From NCBI GenBank assembly GCA_001790205.1, contig MGBU01000233.1, positions 1 to 37,688 on the forward strand: a DNA stretch of 37,688 nucleotides, written 5' to 3'. Made by a program: the position numbers and the translations under genes. The notes below the pieces were generated by a model that saw only the letters and a list, made by a program, of their open reading frames with translations, made no database searches and was not told the origin of the DNA. The stretch is from Candidatus Rokubacteria bacterium GWA2_73_35 (lineage in GTDB: Bacteria; Methylomirabilota; Methylomirabilia; Rokubacteriales; CSP1-6). Shown in pieces: positions 1-8,698 of this stretch (position 1 is its first letter; each line of letters starts with the position of its first letter).

Positions 1-399
1 CTGCATCCCGGTGAACGACTCGCCGCCCGGGAAGCGGAAGCCGCTCGGGTGCCGCTGCGCGGCCTGCCACTCGGGCCGCCGCACGAGCCGCGCGAGCCTG
101 CGTCCCGTCCAGTCGCCGAAGTCGCACTCGATCAGCCCCCGCTCGGCGCGGAGCGGGAGCCCGAGCGCCTGCGCGACGGGCCGCGCGGTCTCGCGCGCGC
201 GCTCGAGGGGCGAGGTGTACACGGCGGCGATGCGCCGGAGCGCGCCGAGCCGGCGGGCGAGGGCCTCGGCCTGCCGCCGCCCCTCGTCGGAGAGGTGCAG
301 GCCGGGCGCGCGCCCCGGCAGCACGATGCCGGTCGCCCCCGTCAGGGCGTGGCGGCACAGGAGCACGAGCGTCGGTCGCGGCGGGCGCCGGGTTCCCAC
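1..399 (-). CDS. histidine phosphatase (phosphoglycerate-mutase-like) family protein; 3' end lies outside the window
   Basis: My own minus-strand translation from GTG (399-397) reads VGTRRPPRPTLVLLCRHALTGATGIVLPGRAPGLHLSDEGRRQAEALARRLGALRRIAAVYTSPLERARETARPVAQALGL...GGESFTGMQ. It has an RH-type catalytic motif near the N-terminus and an SPLxRxxET motif. The frame is open to nt 1, so it is absent from the ORF track. Confidence 0.7.
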   Translation of the reverse strand, partial: MGTRRPPRPTLVLLCRHALTGATGIVLPGRAPGLHLSDEGRRQAEALARRLGALRRIAAVYTSPLERARETARPVAQALGLPLRAERGLIECDFGDWTGRRLARLVRRPEWQAAQRHPSGFRFPGGESFTGMQ

Positions 400-407
400 G
401 GGAGGCT

Positions 408-1466
408 TCACGCCTCCCAGAGGACCGGCTCCCGCGTCAACCGGACGCCGAAGCGGTCCTCGACCGCGGCCGCGAGGCGCCGCGCGAAGGCGACGACGTC
501 GCTCGCGCGCGCGCCCTCGTGGGCGACGACTGCCAGCGCGTGGCGCGTCGAGAGGCCGACCGGCCCCTCGGAGAGGCCCCGCGCGAAGCCGGCGCGCTCG
601 ATGAGCCACGCCGCGGAGAGCTTCACGCGGCCGTCGGGCTGGGGCCAGCGCGGCATCCCCGGCTCGCCCGCCGCCCGCGCCACCCGCGCGGCGTCGGCGG
701 CGTCGACGAGCGGGTTCGTGAAGAACGAGCCGCAGCTCCGCCGGTTGGGGTCGGCCGGGTCGAGCACCATCGACTTCGCACGGCGAATCGCGAGCACGCT
801 CTCGCGCACGTCGGCGAGTGAGGGCGTCCCGACCCGCCGCGCCGCGAGGTCGCGCTCGACGTCGGCGTACGCGACGCGGGGCGCGCCGCCCGGCTGCAGC
901 CGGAAGGTCACGGCGAGCACCACGAAGCGTCCGGGCTCGCCGCTCCGGAAGCGGCTGTCCCGGTAGGCGAAGCCGCACGCGGCCGGGTCGAGCGTCGCGA
1001 GCGTACCGTCGCGCGTGTCGAGCGCGCGCACCGCGGTGATCGTGTCGCTCACCTCCTGGCCGTACGCGCCGACGTTCTGGATCGGCGTCGCGCCCACGAG
1101 GCCGGGGATGCCGCTCAGGCACTCGATCCCCGCCCAGCCGTGGGCGACCGCCCGCGCCACCAGCGCGTCCCACGGCTCGCCCGCCGCCGCCGTCAGCTCC
1201 ACCCCGCCGCCGGCCTCGCGCGCCTCGACGCCGCGCGTGACGAGCCGCACGACGAGCCCCTCCACGCCCGCGTCGGCGACGACCACGTTCGAGCCGCCGC
1301 CGAGCACGCGCAGCGGGAGGCCGCGCGCCCGCGCCCAGCCGAGCGCCTCGCGCACGGCGGCCTCGTCCGCCGCCTCGACGAACCAGCGCGCGGGGCCGCC
1401 CACGCCGAGCGTGGTGTACGGCGCGAGCGGAACGTGCTCGCGGAGGGTCACGCGCGCACACACCAT
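408..1466 (-). CDS. murB: UDP-N-acetylenolpyruvoylglucosamine reductase
   Basis: 352-aa ORF with MurB hallmarks: PLAPYTTLGVGGPARWF, LRVLGGGSNVVV, GIECLSGIPGLVGATPIQNVGAYG, SCGSFFTNP. Confidence 0.9.
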   Translation of the reverse strand: MVCARVTLREHVPLAPYTTLGVGGPARWFVEAADEAAVREALGWARARGLPLRVLGGGSNVVVADAGVEGLVVRLVTRGVEAREAGGGVELTAAAGEPWDALVARAVAHGWAGIECLSGIPGLVGATPIQNVGAYGQEVSDTITAVRALDTRDGTLATLDPAACGFAYRDSRFRSGEPGRFVVLAVTFRLQPGGAPRVAYADVERDLAARRVGTPSLADVRESVLAIRRAKSMVLDPADPNRRSCGSFFTNPLVDAADAARVARAAGEPGMPRWPQPDGRVKLSAAWLIERAGFARGLSEGPVGLSTRHALAVVAHEGARASDVVAFARRLAAAVEDRFGVRLTREPVLWEA

Positions 1467-1513
1467 GGACGGAGTTTATGCCCGGCCCCGGTTCCGTTAA
1501 AGTACGAAGCGGC

Positions 1514-2260
1514 ATGCTCGACCGGGTCCGGCGGTGGATCGACGAGGCCGAGCGCATCGTCGCGCTCACGGGGGCGGGGATCTCGACCGATTCGGGGATC
1601 CCGGACTTCCGCGGGCCCCAGGGCGTGTGGACCCGGAACCCCGAGGCCGAGCGGCTCGCGACGCTCCAGCACTACGTGGCCGACCCCGAGGTGCGCCGGC
1701 GCGCCTGGCAGGGCCGCCTCCACTCGCCCGCGTGGACCGCCCGGCCGAACGCGGGCCACCTGGCGCTCGTCACCCTGGAGCGCCGGGGCAAGCTCGACAC
1801 GCTGATCACGCAGAACGTGGACGGCCTCCACCAGCGGGCGGGCTCGTCGCCCGCGCGCGTCGTCGAGATCCACGGCACGCTGCACGAGGTCGCGTGCCTG
1901 GACTGCGGCGCGCGCGCGCCGATCGAGCAGGCGCTCGAGCGCGTCCGCGCGGGCGAGGCCGACCCGCCCTGCCGGGGCTGCGGCGGCATCCTCAAGACCG
2001 CGACGATCTCGTTCGGCCAGGGCCTCCTCGCCGAGGACCTGCGCCGCGCCCAGGACGCCGCCCGCCGCGCGGACCTCATGCTCGCGGTGGGCACCAAGCT
2101 CTCGGTCTGGCCGATCGCCGGCGTCGTGCCGACGGCGAAGGAGGCCGGCGCGCGCGTCGTGATCGTGAACGCGGAGCCGACCGACATGGACGGGCTGGCC
2201 GACGCCGTGCTCCGCGGCCCGATCGGCGAGCTCCTCCCCCGGATCGTCGGGGAGGCCTGA
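1514..2260 (+). CDS. cobB: NAD-dependent protein deacylase, Sir2 family
   Basis: Sir2 motifs TGAGISTDSGIPDFRGP and QNVDGLH, a Zn ribbon CLDCG...CRGCGG, then ISFGQ and VIVNAEPT. The ORF track starts at 1478. The ATG at 1514 (MLDRVRRW) gives a more typical N-terminus. Start is uncertain (1478 or 1514). Confidence 0.88.
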   Translation: MLDRVRRWIDEAERIVALTGAGISTDSGIPDFRGPQGVWTRNPEAERLATLQHYVADPEVRRRAWQGRLHSPAWTARPNAGHLALVTLERRGKLDTLITQNVDGLHQRAGSSPARVVEIHGTLHEVACLDCGARAPIEQALERVRAGEADPPCRGCGGILKTATISFGQGLLAEDLRRAQDAARRADLMLAVGTKLSVWPIAGVVPTAKEAGARVVIVNAEPTDMDGLADAVLRGPIGELLPRIVGEA

Positions 2261-2264
2261 CGGG

Positions 2265-2906
2265 ATGGCGCTCCTGCCCCCGCTGACGCGCGAGCAGTGC
2301 CCCGAGGAGCTGCGTCCGCTCTGGGACGAGTGCGCCCGGACCTACCCGCGCTTCCGCCACCTCTGGGCGACGATGGCGCACTCGCCGACGATCTTCCGGC
2401 ACATCTGGGGCGAGCTGCTCGAGCTCAAGCGCTCGAGCCCGGTCGCGGCGCGCCACTTCGAGCTGGCGATCGTTGCCGTCTCGAGCCTGAACCGCTGCGG
2501 CTACTGAGTGGCCCACCACACGCCGCTGGCAGCGGCGACGGGCCTCACCCCGGCGCAGCTCGACGCGCTCGCCGCGCTCGGGCTGGGCCCGCTGCCCGAG
2601 GACTGGGACTTCCCGCCGCGCCCGGGCTTCACGCGCGAGGACGGCCTCGTCGTGGACCTCGCGCACTTCCTGGCGTGGTGCGGGATCCACGCGGTCGCCG
2701 CCGGCGTCCACCCGCGCGTCGTGCACCGGCTCCGCCGGCGGCTCTTCGGCCTCCTCGCCGAGCGCTTCTCCCCGCGGCAGCTCGAGGAATTGGTGTGGCG
2801 CACGACCCAGTGCGTCGCGTTCAACTGGCACAACGACTTCTTCGAGCTGGACCTGGAGCCCGGGGTCGTCCCTACGCCCACGGCGGCGGCGTACCCCAGC
2901 GGTTGA
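2265..2906 (+). CDS. AhpD-like / carboxymuconolactone decarboxylase family protein read through an in-frame TGA (2505-2507); candidate selenoprotein with a C-x-x-U redox motif
   Basis: The track ORFs 2265..2507 and 2508..2906 are in the same frame, separated only by TGA. The junction reads SSLNRCGY-TGA-VAHHTPL. In the AhpD-family core motif C-x-x-C-x-x-H this puts the TGA exactly at the second Cys. A stem-loop follows (next feature). Confidence 0.6.
2510..2544 (+). promoter_or_regulatory. candidate bacterial SECIS-like stem-loop just 3' of the in-frame UGA
   Basis: GGCCC(2510-2514)/GGGCC(2540-2544) forms an outer stem. CGCCGCT(2521-2527)/AGCGGCG(2531-2537) forms an inner stem, with an apical GGC (or UGGCA) loop about 21-25 nt after the UGA. 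Folded by eye only. Confidence 0.4.
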
Positions 2907-3510
2907 CGAAGGTCGTCTCCGCGGTCGGCCGCCGCCGGGTGGGGCCGAAGCTCCCGCGCGGGTAGCCGAGCGGGATACAGAAGTGGAAGGTCACGTCTCC
3001 GGGGATCCCGAGCAGCGCGTGGACCCGGTCCATCACCGTGGGGTGCAGCGTCGTCGGGACCGAGCCGATGCCGAGCGCGCGCGCGGCGAGCATCAGGTTC
3101 TGCGCCGCCGGGATCACCGAGTTGGCCCACCCGGGCGGCTCCGCGAGGGCGAGCACGATGCAGGGCGCGTCCTTCATCTCGTCCGCGAGCCCGGCCGCGG
3201 CCCGGTAGGTCTTCTCCTCGGGCGGGATGTCCTCGGGCCGCGTCCAGCCGCGCTCGTCCCGCCGCTTGGCCCACCACGCCTCGCGATAGAGCGCGCCGAA
3301 CTCGCGGATCACCGCGTGGTCGGTGAGGACGAGGAAGCGCGCGATCTGGCGGTTGCCGCCGTTCGGCGCGCGCACCGCCGCCTCCAGGCAGAGCCGGAGG
3401 TCCGCCGGCGGGATCGGGTCGGGCCGGAAGCGGCGGATCGAGCGCTGGGTGAACATGGCCTCGCCGATCGGCATCGCGAGCCGCGTGGAGTCCACTGGGA
3501 TCGCTGTCAC
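2872..3510 (-). CDS. nitroreductase family protein
   Basis: Motifs FTQRSIRRFRPDPIP, LEAAVRAPNGGNRQ, IPAAQNLMLAARALGIGS. GTG (3510-3508) forms a GTGA overlap with the amidase stop (3509-3507). An alternative ATG lies at 3474. The rest of the 535-aa track ORF (up to 4479) is a shadow frame over the amidase. Confidence 0.85.
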   Translation of the reverse strand: MTAIPVDSTRLAMPIGEAMFTQRSIRRFRPDPIPPADLRLCLEAAVRAPNGGNRQIARFLVLTDHAVIREFGALYREAWWAKRRDERGWTRPEDIPPEEKTYRAAAGLADEMKDAPCIVLALAEPPGWANSVIPAAQNLMLAARALGIGSVPTTLHPTVMDRVHALLGIPGDVTFHFCIPLGYPRGSFGPTRRRPTAETTFVNRWGTPPPWA

Positions 3511-4916
3511 GGGATCGCTCCTGTCAGGGGGGTGAGAGGGGGACGGCGGCGGTGCCACGCGGTCGCCTGCTCGTAGGCGTGGCCGACGCGCAGCACCGTG
3601 GTCTCGTCGAAGGGACGCCCGGCGAGCTGGAGCGAGAGCGGCAGCCCGCTCGCCGAGAACCCGCACGGCAGGGCGAGCGCCGGCAGCCCGCTCATGTTGA
3701 ACGGCGCCATGTTGCTGCGCGCGAACGGGAAGTCGGGGTCGTGCACGGTCGCGAACGTCGGCGCCGGCTTCGGGGTGGTCGGCGTGGCGAGCACGTCCAC
3801 CCGCCGGAGCACGGCGGCCATCGCGCCGGCGAGCCGGGCGCGCAGCCGTTGCGCCTGCACGTATTCGCTCGCGCTGACGAGCGCCCCGGCGAGCATCTTC
3901 TCGCGCAGCACCTCGCCGTAGAGCCCCGGGCGCTCGCGCAGGTCGCGCTCGTGGTACGCGAAGGCTTCGGCGAGCATGATCGCCATGAACGCCCACGCGT
4001 CCCAGATGTGCGGGATCTCGACGTCCTCCACGAGCGCCCCGAGCCCGCGGAGCGCGGCGAGCGCCTCCTCGAACGCCCGCGCGACCTCCGGGTCGAGCCC
4101 GTCGTGGAAATAGTCGCGGGGCACGCCGATCCGGAGGCCGCGGACCGGCTGGCCGAGCCCGGCCGTGTAGTCGGCGACCGGGGCCCGGCTGGACGCCGGG
4201 TCGGCCGGGTCGTGGCCGGCCAGCGCCCCGAGCAGGAGCGCCACGTCCTCGACGGTGCGCGCCATCGGGCCCGTGTGGTCGAGCGTCCACGAGAGCGTGA
4301 CGACGCCCGCGCGGCTCGCGCGCCCGTACGTGGGCTTGAGCCCCACGACCCCGCAGAACGCCGCGGGGCCGCGGATCGAGCCGCCGGTGTCCGAGCCGAG
4401 CGAGCCCGCGACGAGCCCCGCGGCCAGCGCCGCGCCAGAGCCGCTCGACGAACCCCCGGGGATGTGGGCGGCGTTCCACGGGTTCCGCGCCGGGCGGAAG
4501 CGGTGGCCCGGGAACTGGATGCCGAAGGCGAACTCGTGGGTGATCAGCTTGCCCAGCATGACCACCCCGGCGCGCGCGAGGCGCGCGACGCAGGTGGCGT
4601 CGTGGTCCGGGACCCAGTCGGCGAGGAGCGCGGAGCCCGCGGTCGTGCGCACGCCGCGGGTCGCGTAGAGGTCCTTGTACGCCACCGGCACGCCGGTGAG
4701 CGGCCCCGGGTCCCCGCGGCGGAGCGCCGCCTCCGCCGCCCGCGCGTCGGCGAGCGCCTGGTCCGCCGTCAGCGTGACGAACGCGGAGAGCGCCGGGTCG
4801 AGCGCCTCGATGCGCGCGAGCTGCGCGCGGACCAGCTCGACCGGCGACAGCTCGCGCCGCCGGAAGCGCGCGCCGAGCTCGCGGATCGTCGCGTACGCCA
4901 GCTCGTCACCCACCAT
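3507..4916 (-). CDS. amidase-signature family amidase (AtzE/GatA-like)
   Basis: 469 aa with the amidase signature GGSSSGSGAALAAGLVAGSLGSDTGGSIRGPAAFCGVVGLKPTYGR. Confidence 0.9.
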   Translation of the reverse strand: MVGDELAYATIRELGARFRRRELSPVELVRAQLARIEALDPALSAFVTLTADQALADARAAEAALRRGDPGPLTGVPVAYKDLYATRGVRTTAGSALLADWVPDHDATCVARLARAGVVMLGKLITHEFAFGIQFPGHRFRPARNPWNAAHIPGGSSSGSGAALAAGLVAGSLGSDTGGSIRGPAAFCGVVGLKPTYGRASRAGVVTLSWTLDHTGPMARTVEDVALLLGALAGHDPADPASSRAPVADYTAGLGQPVRGLRIGVPRDYFHDGLDPEVARAFEEALAALRGLGALVEDVEIPHIWDAWAFMAIMLAEAFAYHERDLRERPGLYGEVLREKMLAGALVSASEYVQAQRLRARLAGAMAAVLRRVDVLATPTTPKPAPTFATVHDPDFPFARSNMAPFNMSGLPALALPCGFSASGLPLSLQLAGRPFDETTVLRVGHAYEQATAWHRRRPPLTPLTGAIP

Positions 4917-5100
4917 CGGCGTCCCGCGGCGGCGCCGCGTCGAACGTCACCGCCGGCTCGAGCGCCCGCGCGGCGCGCGCGTCGAGCGCGCGGACCGGGC
5001 CCAGCGCGTCGGTGAGGAGCCGCCGCACCAGCTCGAGCCGCTCCTCGGGGATCTCGACGCCCGCCGCGCGCATCCGCGCCCGCACCTCGTCCAGGGTCAT
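4906..5100 (-). CDS. small AtzG-like (DUF4089-like) protein, putative amidase partner
   Basis: 64-aa ORF MTLDEVRARMRAAGVEIPEERLELVRRLL... overlapping the amidase start by 11 nt. The family assignment is from memory of small GatC-like partners of AtzE-type amidases and was not searched. Confidence 0.55.
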   Translation of the reverse strand: MTLDEVRARMRAAGVEIPEERLELVRRLLTDALGPVRALDARAARALEPAVTFDAAPPRDADGG

Positions 5101-5203
5101 CGCCGCCTCCTCGGGTTCCGGGGCACGCTACCCCGGGCGCTTCACCCGCGCAACCCGCTGTGCGAGAATGCGCGGTGCCCGGCCGCCGGGCAGGGGGCGC
5201 CGC

Positions 5204-5998
5204 ATGGACTACACGTGCCTGCTCTACGAGGTCGAGGACGGCATCGCGACGCTCGTGCTGAACCGGCCCGAGCGCCTGAACGCGCTCGGCGACACGCTCC
5301 GCGAGGACCTCTGCGACGCGGTGCTCCGCGCGAGCGCGGACCCCGCGGTGCGCTGCCTCATCCTCACGGGGGCGGGCCGCGGGTTCTGCGCGGGCGGCGA
5401 CGTCAAGGCGATGGACGACGCCGCCGCGCGCGGCGTCGCGCGGCCCGTGCTCGAGAAGATCGCGCCGGTCCGCGACCGCGTGGTCCTCGCGCTGCGCGAG
5501 GCCCCGCAGCCCGTCATCGCCGCCGTGAACGGCGCCGCCGCGGGCGCGGGCATGAACCTGGCGCTCGCGTGCGACATCCGCCTCGCGTCCACGACCGCCC
5601 GGTTCGCCGAGGCGTTCGTCAAGCGCGGCCTGCACGTGGACTGGGGCGGCACGTACTTCCTGCCCCGGGTCGTCGGCATGGCGCGAGCGTGCGAGCTGAT
5701 CTTCACGGGCGACGCGATCGACGCCGAGGAGGCGCTGCGCCTGGGCCTCGTGAGCGCCGTCCACCCGCCCGAGCGGCTCCTGCCGGCGGCGCGCGAGCTC
5801 GCGCGGCGGATCGCCGCCGGCCCGCCGCTCGCGATCCGCCTGGCCAAGCGCGCGCTCTACCACAACCAGGAGGCGGACCTCCGCGCCGCCCTCGAGTTCG
5901 AGACCTTCGCGCAGAACGTGTGCCTCGAGACCGAGGACGCGCGCGAGGGCCTCCGCGCGTTCGTCGAGAAGCGCGCGCCGGTGTTCCGCGGCCGATGA
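5204..5998 (+). CDS. enoyl-CoA hydratase/isomerase (crotonase) family protein
   Basis: Internal ATG of track ORF 5012..5998. Reads MDYTCLLYEVEDGIATLVLNRPERLNAL, FCAGGDV, AAVNGAAAGAGMNLALACD, EGLRAFVEKRAPVF. Confidence 0.9.
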   Translation: MDYTCLLYEVEDGIATLVLNRPERLNALGDTLREDLCDAVLRASADPAVRCLILTGAGRGFCAGGDVKAMDDAAARGVARPVLEKIAPVRDRVVLALREAPQPVIAAVNGAAAGAGMNLALACDIRLASTTARFAEAFVKRGLHVDWGGTYFLPRVVGMARACELIFTGDAIDAEEALRLGLVSAVHPPERLLPAARELARRIAAGPPLAIRLAKRALYHNQEADLRAALEFETFAQNVCLETEDAREGLRAFVEKRAPVFRGR

Positions 5999-6486
5999 CG
6001 GAGGCGATCGAGCGGCGCGTCGCCGAGGCGCTGGACGGCCTCAGCGTGCCGTGGGAGCGGCTCCCGATCGACCCCGCCTTCGCCGACACCGCGCAGTTCT
6101 GCGCGCAGTACGGCGTGCCGCTCGACCGCTCCGCGAACACGATCCTCGTGGCGTCGAAGAAGGAGCCCCGGCAGTATGCGGCGTGCGTCGTCCGGGCGAC
6201 GCGGCGGCTCGACGTGAACCACGCGGTCCGGCAGCTCATGGGCGTCTCGCGGCTCTCGTTCGCGTCGGCCGAGGAGACCCAGGCGCTGACCGGCATGGCG
6301 CTCGGCGGCGTCACGGTCTTCGCGCTGCCCCCGGAGCTGCCGGTCTACGTGGACGCGACGCTGCTCGAGCCCGACTGGATCATCCTGGGCAGCGGCAGCC
6401 GGAGCTCGAAGATCAAGGTCGCGCCCCGCGTCCTCGAGCGCGTGCCGAACGCGCGCGTCGTCGCGGGGCTCACCCTCGCCGTCTAG
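5995..6486 (+). CDS. YbaK/ProX-type aminoacyl-tRNA deacylase domain protein
   Basis: ATG 5995 overlaps the upstream stop (ATGA). Reads MTEAIERRVAEALD...NTILVASKKEPRQYAACVV...GMALGGVTVFALP...ILGSGSRSSKI. Confidence 0.8.
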   Translation: MTEAIERRVAEALDGLSVPWERLPIDPAFADTAQFCAQYGVPLDRSANTILVASKKEPRQYAACVVRATRRLDVNHAVRQLMGVSRLSFASAEETQALTGMALGGVTVFALPPELPVYVDATLLEPDWIILGSGSRSSKIKVAPRVLERVPNARVVAGLTLAV

Positions 6487-6514
6487 CGCCGTCGCCGAGA
6501 CACAGGAGGAGCCC

Positions 6515-7243
6515 GTGGAGCGCACGCAGAGCGTCGTCACGCCGGAGCGGTTCGCGTCGGGCATGACCTTCGAGCGGTACCTCGCCTGGACCGGGACGCC
6601 CGAGAACCTCGCGCGCGAGGCCTCGCAGGGCGGCGCGCGCCGCGACTGGAGCGGGTGGCTGCGGCAGGCGTACGAGCGGGCGCGGCTGACGGACGGCCAG
6701 GCGGCCGCGATCCGCTGGCTCGCGGCGCAGCCGGGCGGCCCGGCGAAGGTCCTCGTGCTCGCCGAGGAGTGGTCGTCGGACTGCCGGCGCGACCTGCCGA
6801 TGCTGGCGCGCCTGGCGGAGGCGGGCGGCCTCGAGCTCCGGATCTTCCGGCGCGACGGCGCGCGCTTCATGCGGAGCCAGGCGCCGACGCTCGCCGAGTA
6901 CCCCGACAGCAACGCCGACCTCATGGCCGGGCTCATGAACGTGAAGGGCGGGCAGGCCTGGGCCTCGATCCCCGTCGCGGCCTTCTACACGAGGGACCTC
7001 CGGCTCCTCCACCGCTACGTCGAGTACCCGGCCATCTATCACAAGGACCGCCTCGTGGCGACCCTCCGCGCGCCGCTCCCCGGCGAGACGCCCGAGGCGA
7101 CCCGGGCGCGCGGCGACCGAGCGTTCATGGCGATGCTCGAGAGCCCGTTCTTCCACGTCTGGGCGTGCGCGGCCGTCGACGAGATCCTGAGCGCGCTCCA
7201 CGAGCGGCTGGTCGTGGGCCCGCCCCCGGCGGGGCCGGCATGA
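6515..7243 (+). CDS. thioredoxin-like fold protein (SxxC variant)
   Basis: GTG start preceded by AGGAGGA (6503-6509). VLVLAEEWSSDCRRDLPMLARLAE resembles thioredoxin-family proteins, with WSSDC in place of WCxxC. Confidence 0.65.
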   Translation: MERTQSVVTPERFASGMTFERYLAWTGTPENLAREASQGGARRDWSGWLRQAYERARLTDGQAAAIRWLAAQPGGPAKVLVLAEEWSSDCRRDLPMLARLAEAGGLELRIFRRDGARFMRSQAPTLAEYPDSNADLMAGLMNVKGGQAWASIPVAAFYTRDLRLLHRYVEYPAIYHKDRLVATLRAPLPGETPEATRARGDRAFMAMLESPFFHVWACAAVDEILSALHERLVVGPPPAGPA

Positions 7244-7386
7244 CGCGGCCCACGCCGGCGCGCGTCGAGGGCTTCTTCAAGGAGCTCCGCAACTGGGGGC
7301 GCCACCTTAAGGAGTTCCGCACGGCCCTCGTCTCCGCCGCGGTGACGGAGAAGATCTACGTCCGAGAGGCCCGAGCGGCTCCCTGA
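7240..7386 (+). CDS. small hypothetical protein (48 aa)
   Basis: ATG 7240 overlaps the upstream stop (ATGA). The sequence MTRPTPARVEGFFKELRNWGRHLKEFRTALVSAAVTEKIYVREARAAP has ordinary protein-like composition, unlike the Arg/Pro shadow frames. No recognisable family. Confidence 0.4.
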   Translation: MTRPTPARVEGFFKELRNWGRHLKEFRTALVSAAVTEKIYVREARAAP

Positions 7387-7417
7387 AAATCGAACGGCGA
7401 CTTTTCGATTTTCAGGG
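7381..7417. promoter_or_regulatory. perfect 14-bp inverted repeat (CCCTGAAAATCGAA-9 nt-TTCGATTTTCAGGG); hairpin or operator
   Basis: Read directly. AT-rich arms in a very GC-rich context. It overlaps the stop of the 48-aa ORF and ends 13 nt before the ATPase ATG (7430). No U-tract follows. Confidence 0.5.
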
Positions 7418-7429
7418 TAACGTAGGTCC

Positions 7430-8599
7430 ATGGTCGAGCGCCCGCGCTGGCTGGCCAAGATCCGAGCTGCCCTGAAGCGGAGCCGGGTGACCGCTCTGAT
7501 CGGGCCCCGCCAGTCCGGCAAGACCACGCTGGCCAGGCAGATCGTGGCCCCGCACTCGCCGGCATACTTCGACCTGGAAGACCCCCGAAGCCTCGCCCGC
7601 CTAGCGGAGCCCATGACCGCCCTGGCGCGGCTGCGGGGCGTGGTGGTCATCGACGAGATCCAGCGACGCCCCGACCTCTTCCCTATCGTACGGGTGCTGG
7701 CCGATCGGCGCCCGCCTCCGGCTCGCTTCCTGATCCTCGGGAGCGCCAGCCCGGACCTGCTCCGCCAGTCGTCGGAGACGCTGGCGGGGAGGCTGGAGAC
7801 GGTCACGCTGAGCGGATTCGGGCTGGACGAGCTGGGCGCGGCTGCGCTTCGACGGCACTGGAGGCGGGGAGGGTTTCCGCCCGCGTACCTGGCGGGCTCG
7901 GAGCACGCGAGTTTCGTCTGGCGCCAGCAGTTCATCCACACCTACCTCGAGCGCGACCTGCCGCAGCTCGGCATCAGCATCCCCGCCGCCACCCTGCTCC
8001 GGTTCTGGACGATGCTCGCCCATTACCATGGAGGCATCTGGAATGCGGCCGAGGCGGCCCGTTCCCTCGGCGTCACCGAGCCGACCGCGCGGCGCTACGT
8101 GGACCTCCTGGCCGGGCTGTTCATGGTCCGGCAGCTCCAGCCCTGGCACGAGAACCTCACAAAGCGACAGGTCAAGGCTCCGAAGGTCTACGTGCGGGAC
8201 AGCGGGCTGCTGCACGCGCTGCTCGGTCTCGCCTCCGAGCGGGAGATTGCCTTCCACCCAAAGGTGGGCGCCTCGTGGGAGGGGTACGCCATCGAGGAGA
8301 CCCTGAGGATGGTCCGGCCGGAGGCCGCGTACTTCTGGGCCACGCATACCGGAGCCGAGCTGGACCTGCTCCTCCTCAAACGCGGGCGCCGTTACGGCGT
8401 GGAGGTGAAGTTCCAGGACGCCCCCCGCCTGACGGCCTCCATGCGCATCGCCCTCACGGACCTCCGGCTGGAACACCTCACGGTCCTCTATCCCGGGGAT
8501 CTGCGCTACGATCTGGACCGCCGTGTGGCGGTCGTCCCTCTCGCGCAGCTTGCAAGCGGCAAGGCCGAATTGATGCGAAAGCGACGCCGCGTGACATAG
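7430..8599 (+). CDS. AAA+ ATPase with DUF4143-type C-terminal domain
   Basis: Walker A GPRQSGKTTL and Walker B VVVIDEIQ, then YLERDL...LLRFWTMLAHYHG...KVYVRDSGLLH typical of the AAA_14/DUF4143 architecture. A paralogue lies at 19311..20591. Confidence 0.85.
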   Translation: MVERPRWLAKIRAALKRSRVTALIGPRQSGKTTLARQIVAPHSPAYFDLEDPRSLARLAEPMTALARLRGVVVIDEIQRRPDLFPIVRVLADRRPPPARFLILGSASPDLLRQSSETLAGRLETVTLSGFGLDELGAAALRRHWRRGGFPPAYLAGSEHASFVWRQQFIHTYLERDLPQLGISIPAATLLRFWTMLAHYHGGIWNAAEAARSLGVTEPTARRYVDLLAGLFMVRQLQPWHENLTKRQVKAPKVYVRDSGLLHALLGLASEREIAFHPKVGASWEGYAIEETLRMVRPEAAYFWATHTGAELDLLLLKRGRRYGVEVKFQDAPRLTASMRIALTDLRLEHLTVLYPGDLRYDLDRRVAVVPLAQLASGKAELMRKRRRVT

Positions 8600-8698
8600 A
8601 CGATGCCCGACGTCTGCGAGCTGACAGAATCCGTGGCTGACACCGCTGCTCGAATCTACCGGAGCCGCCTGACCGAGCGCCGCTCGCGGTAGCCTGTC

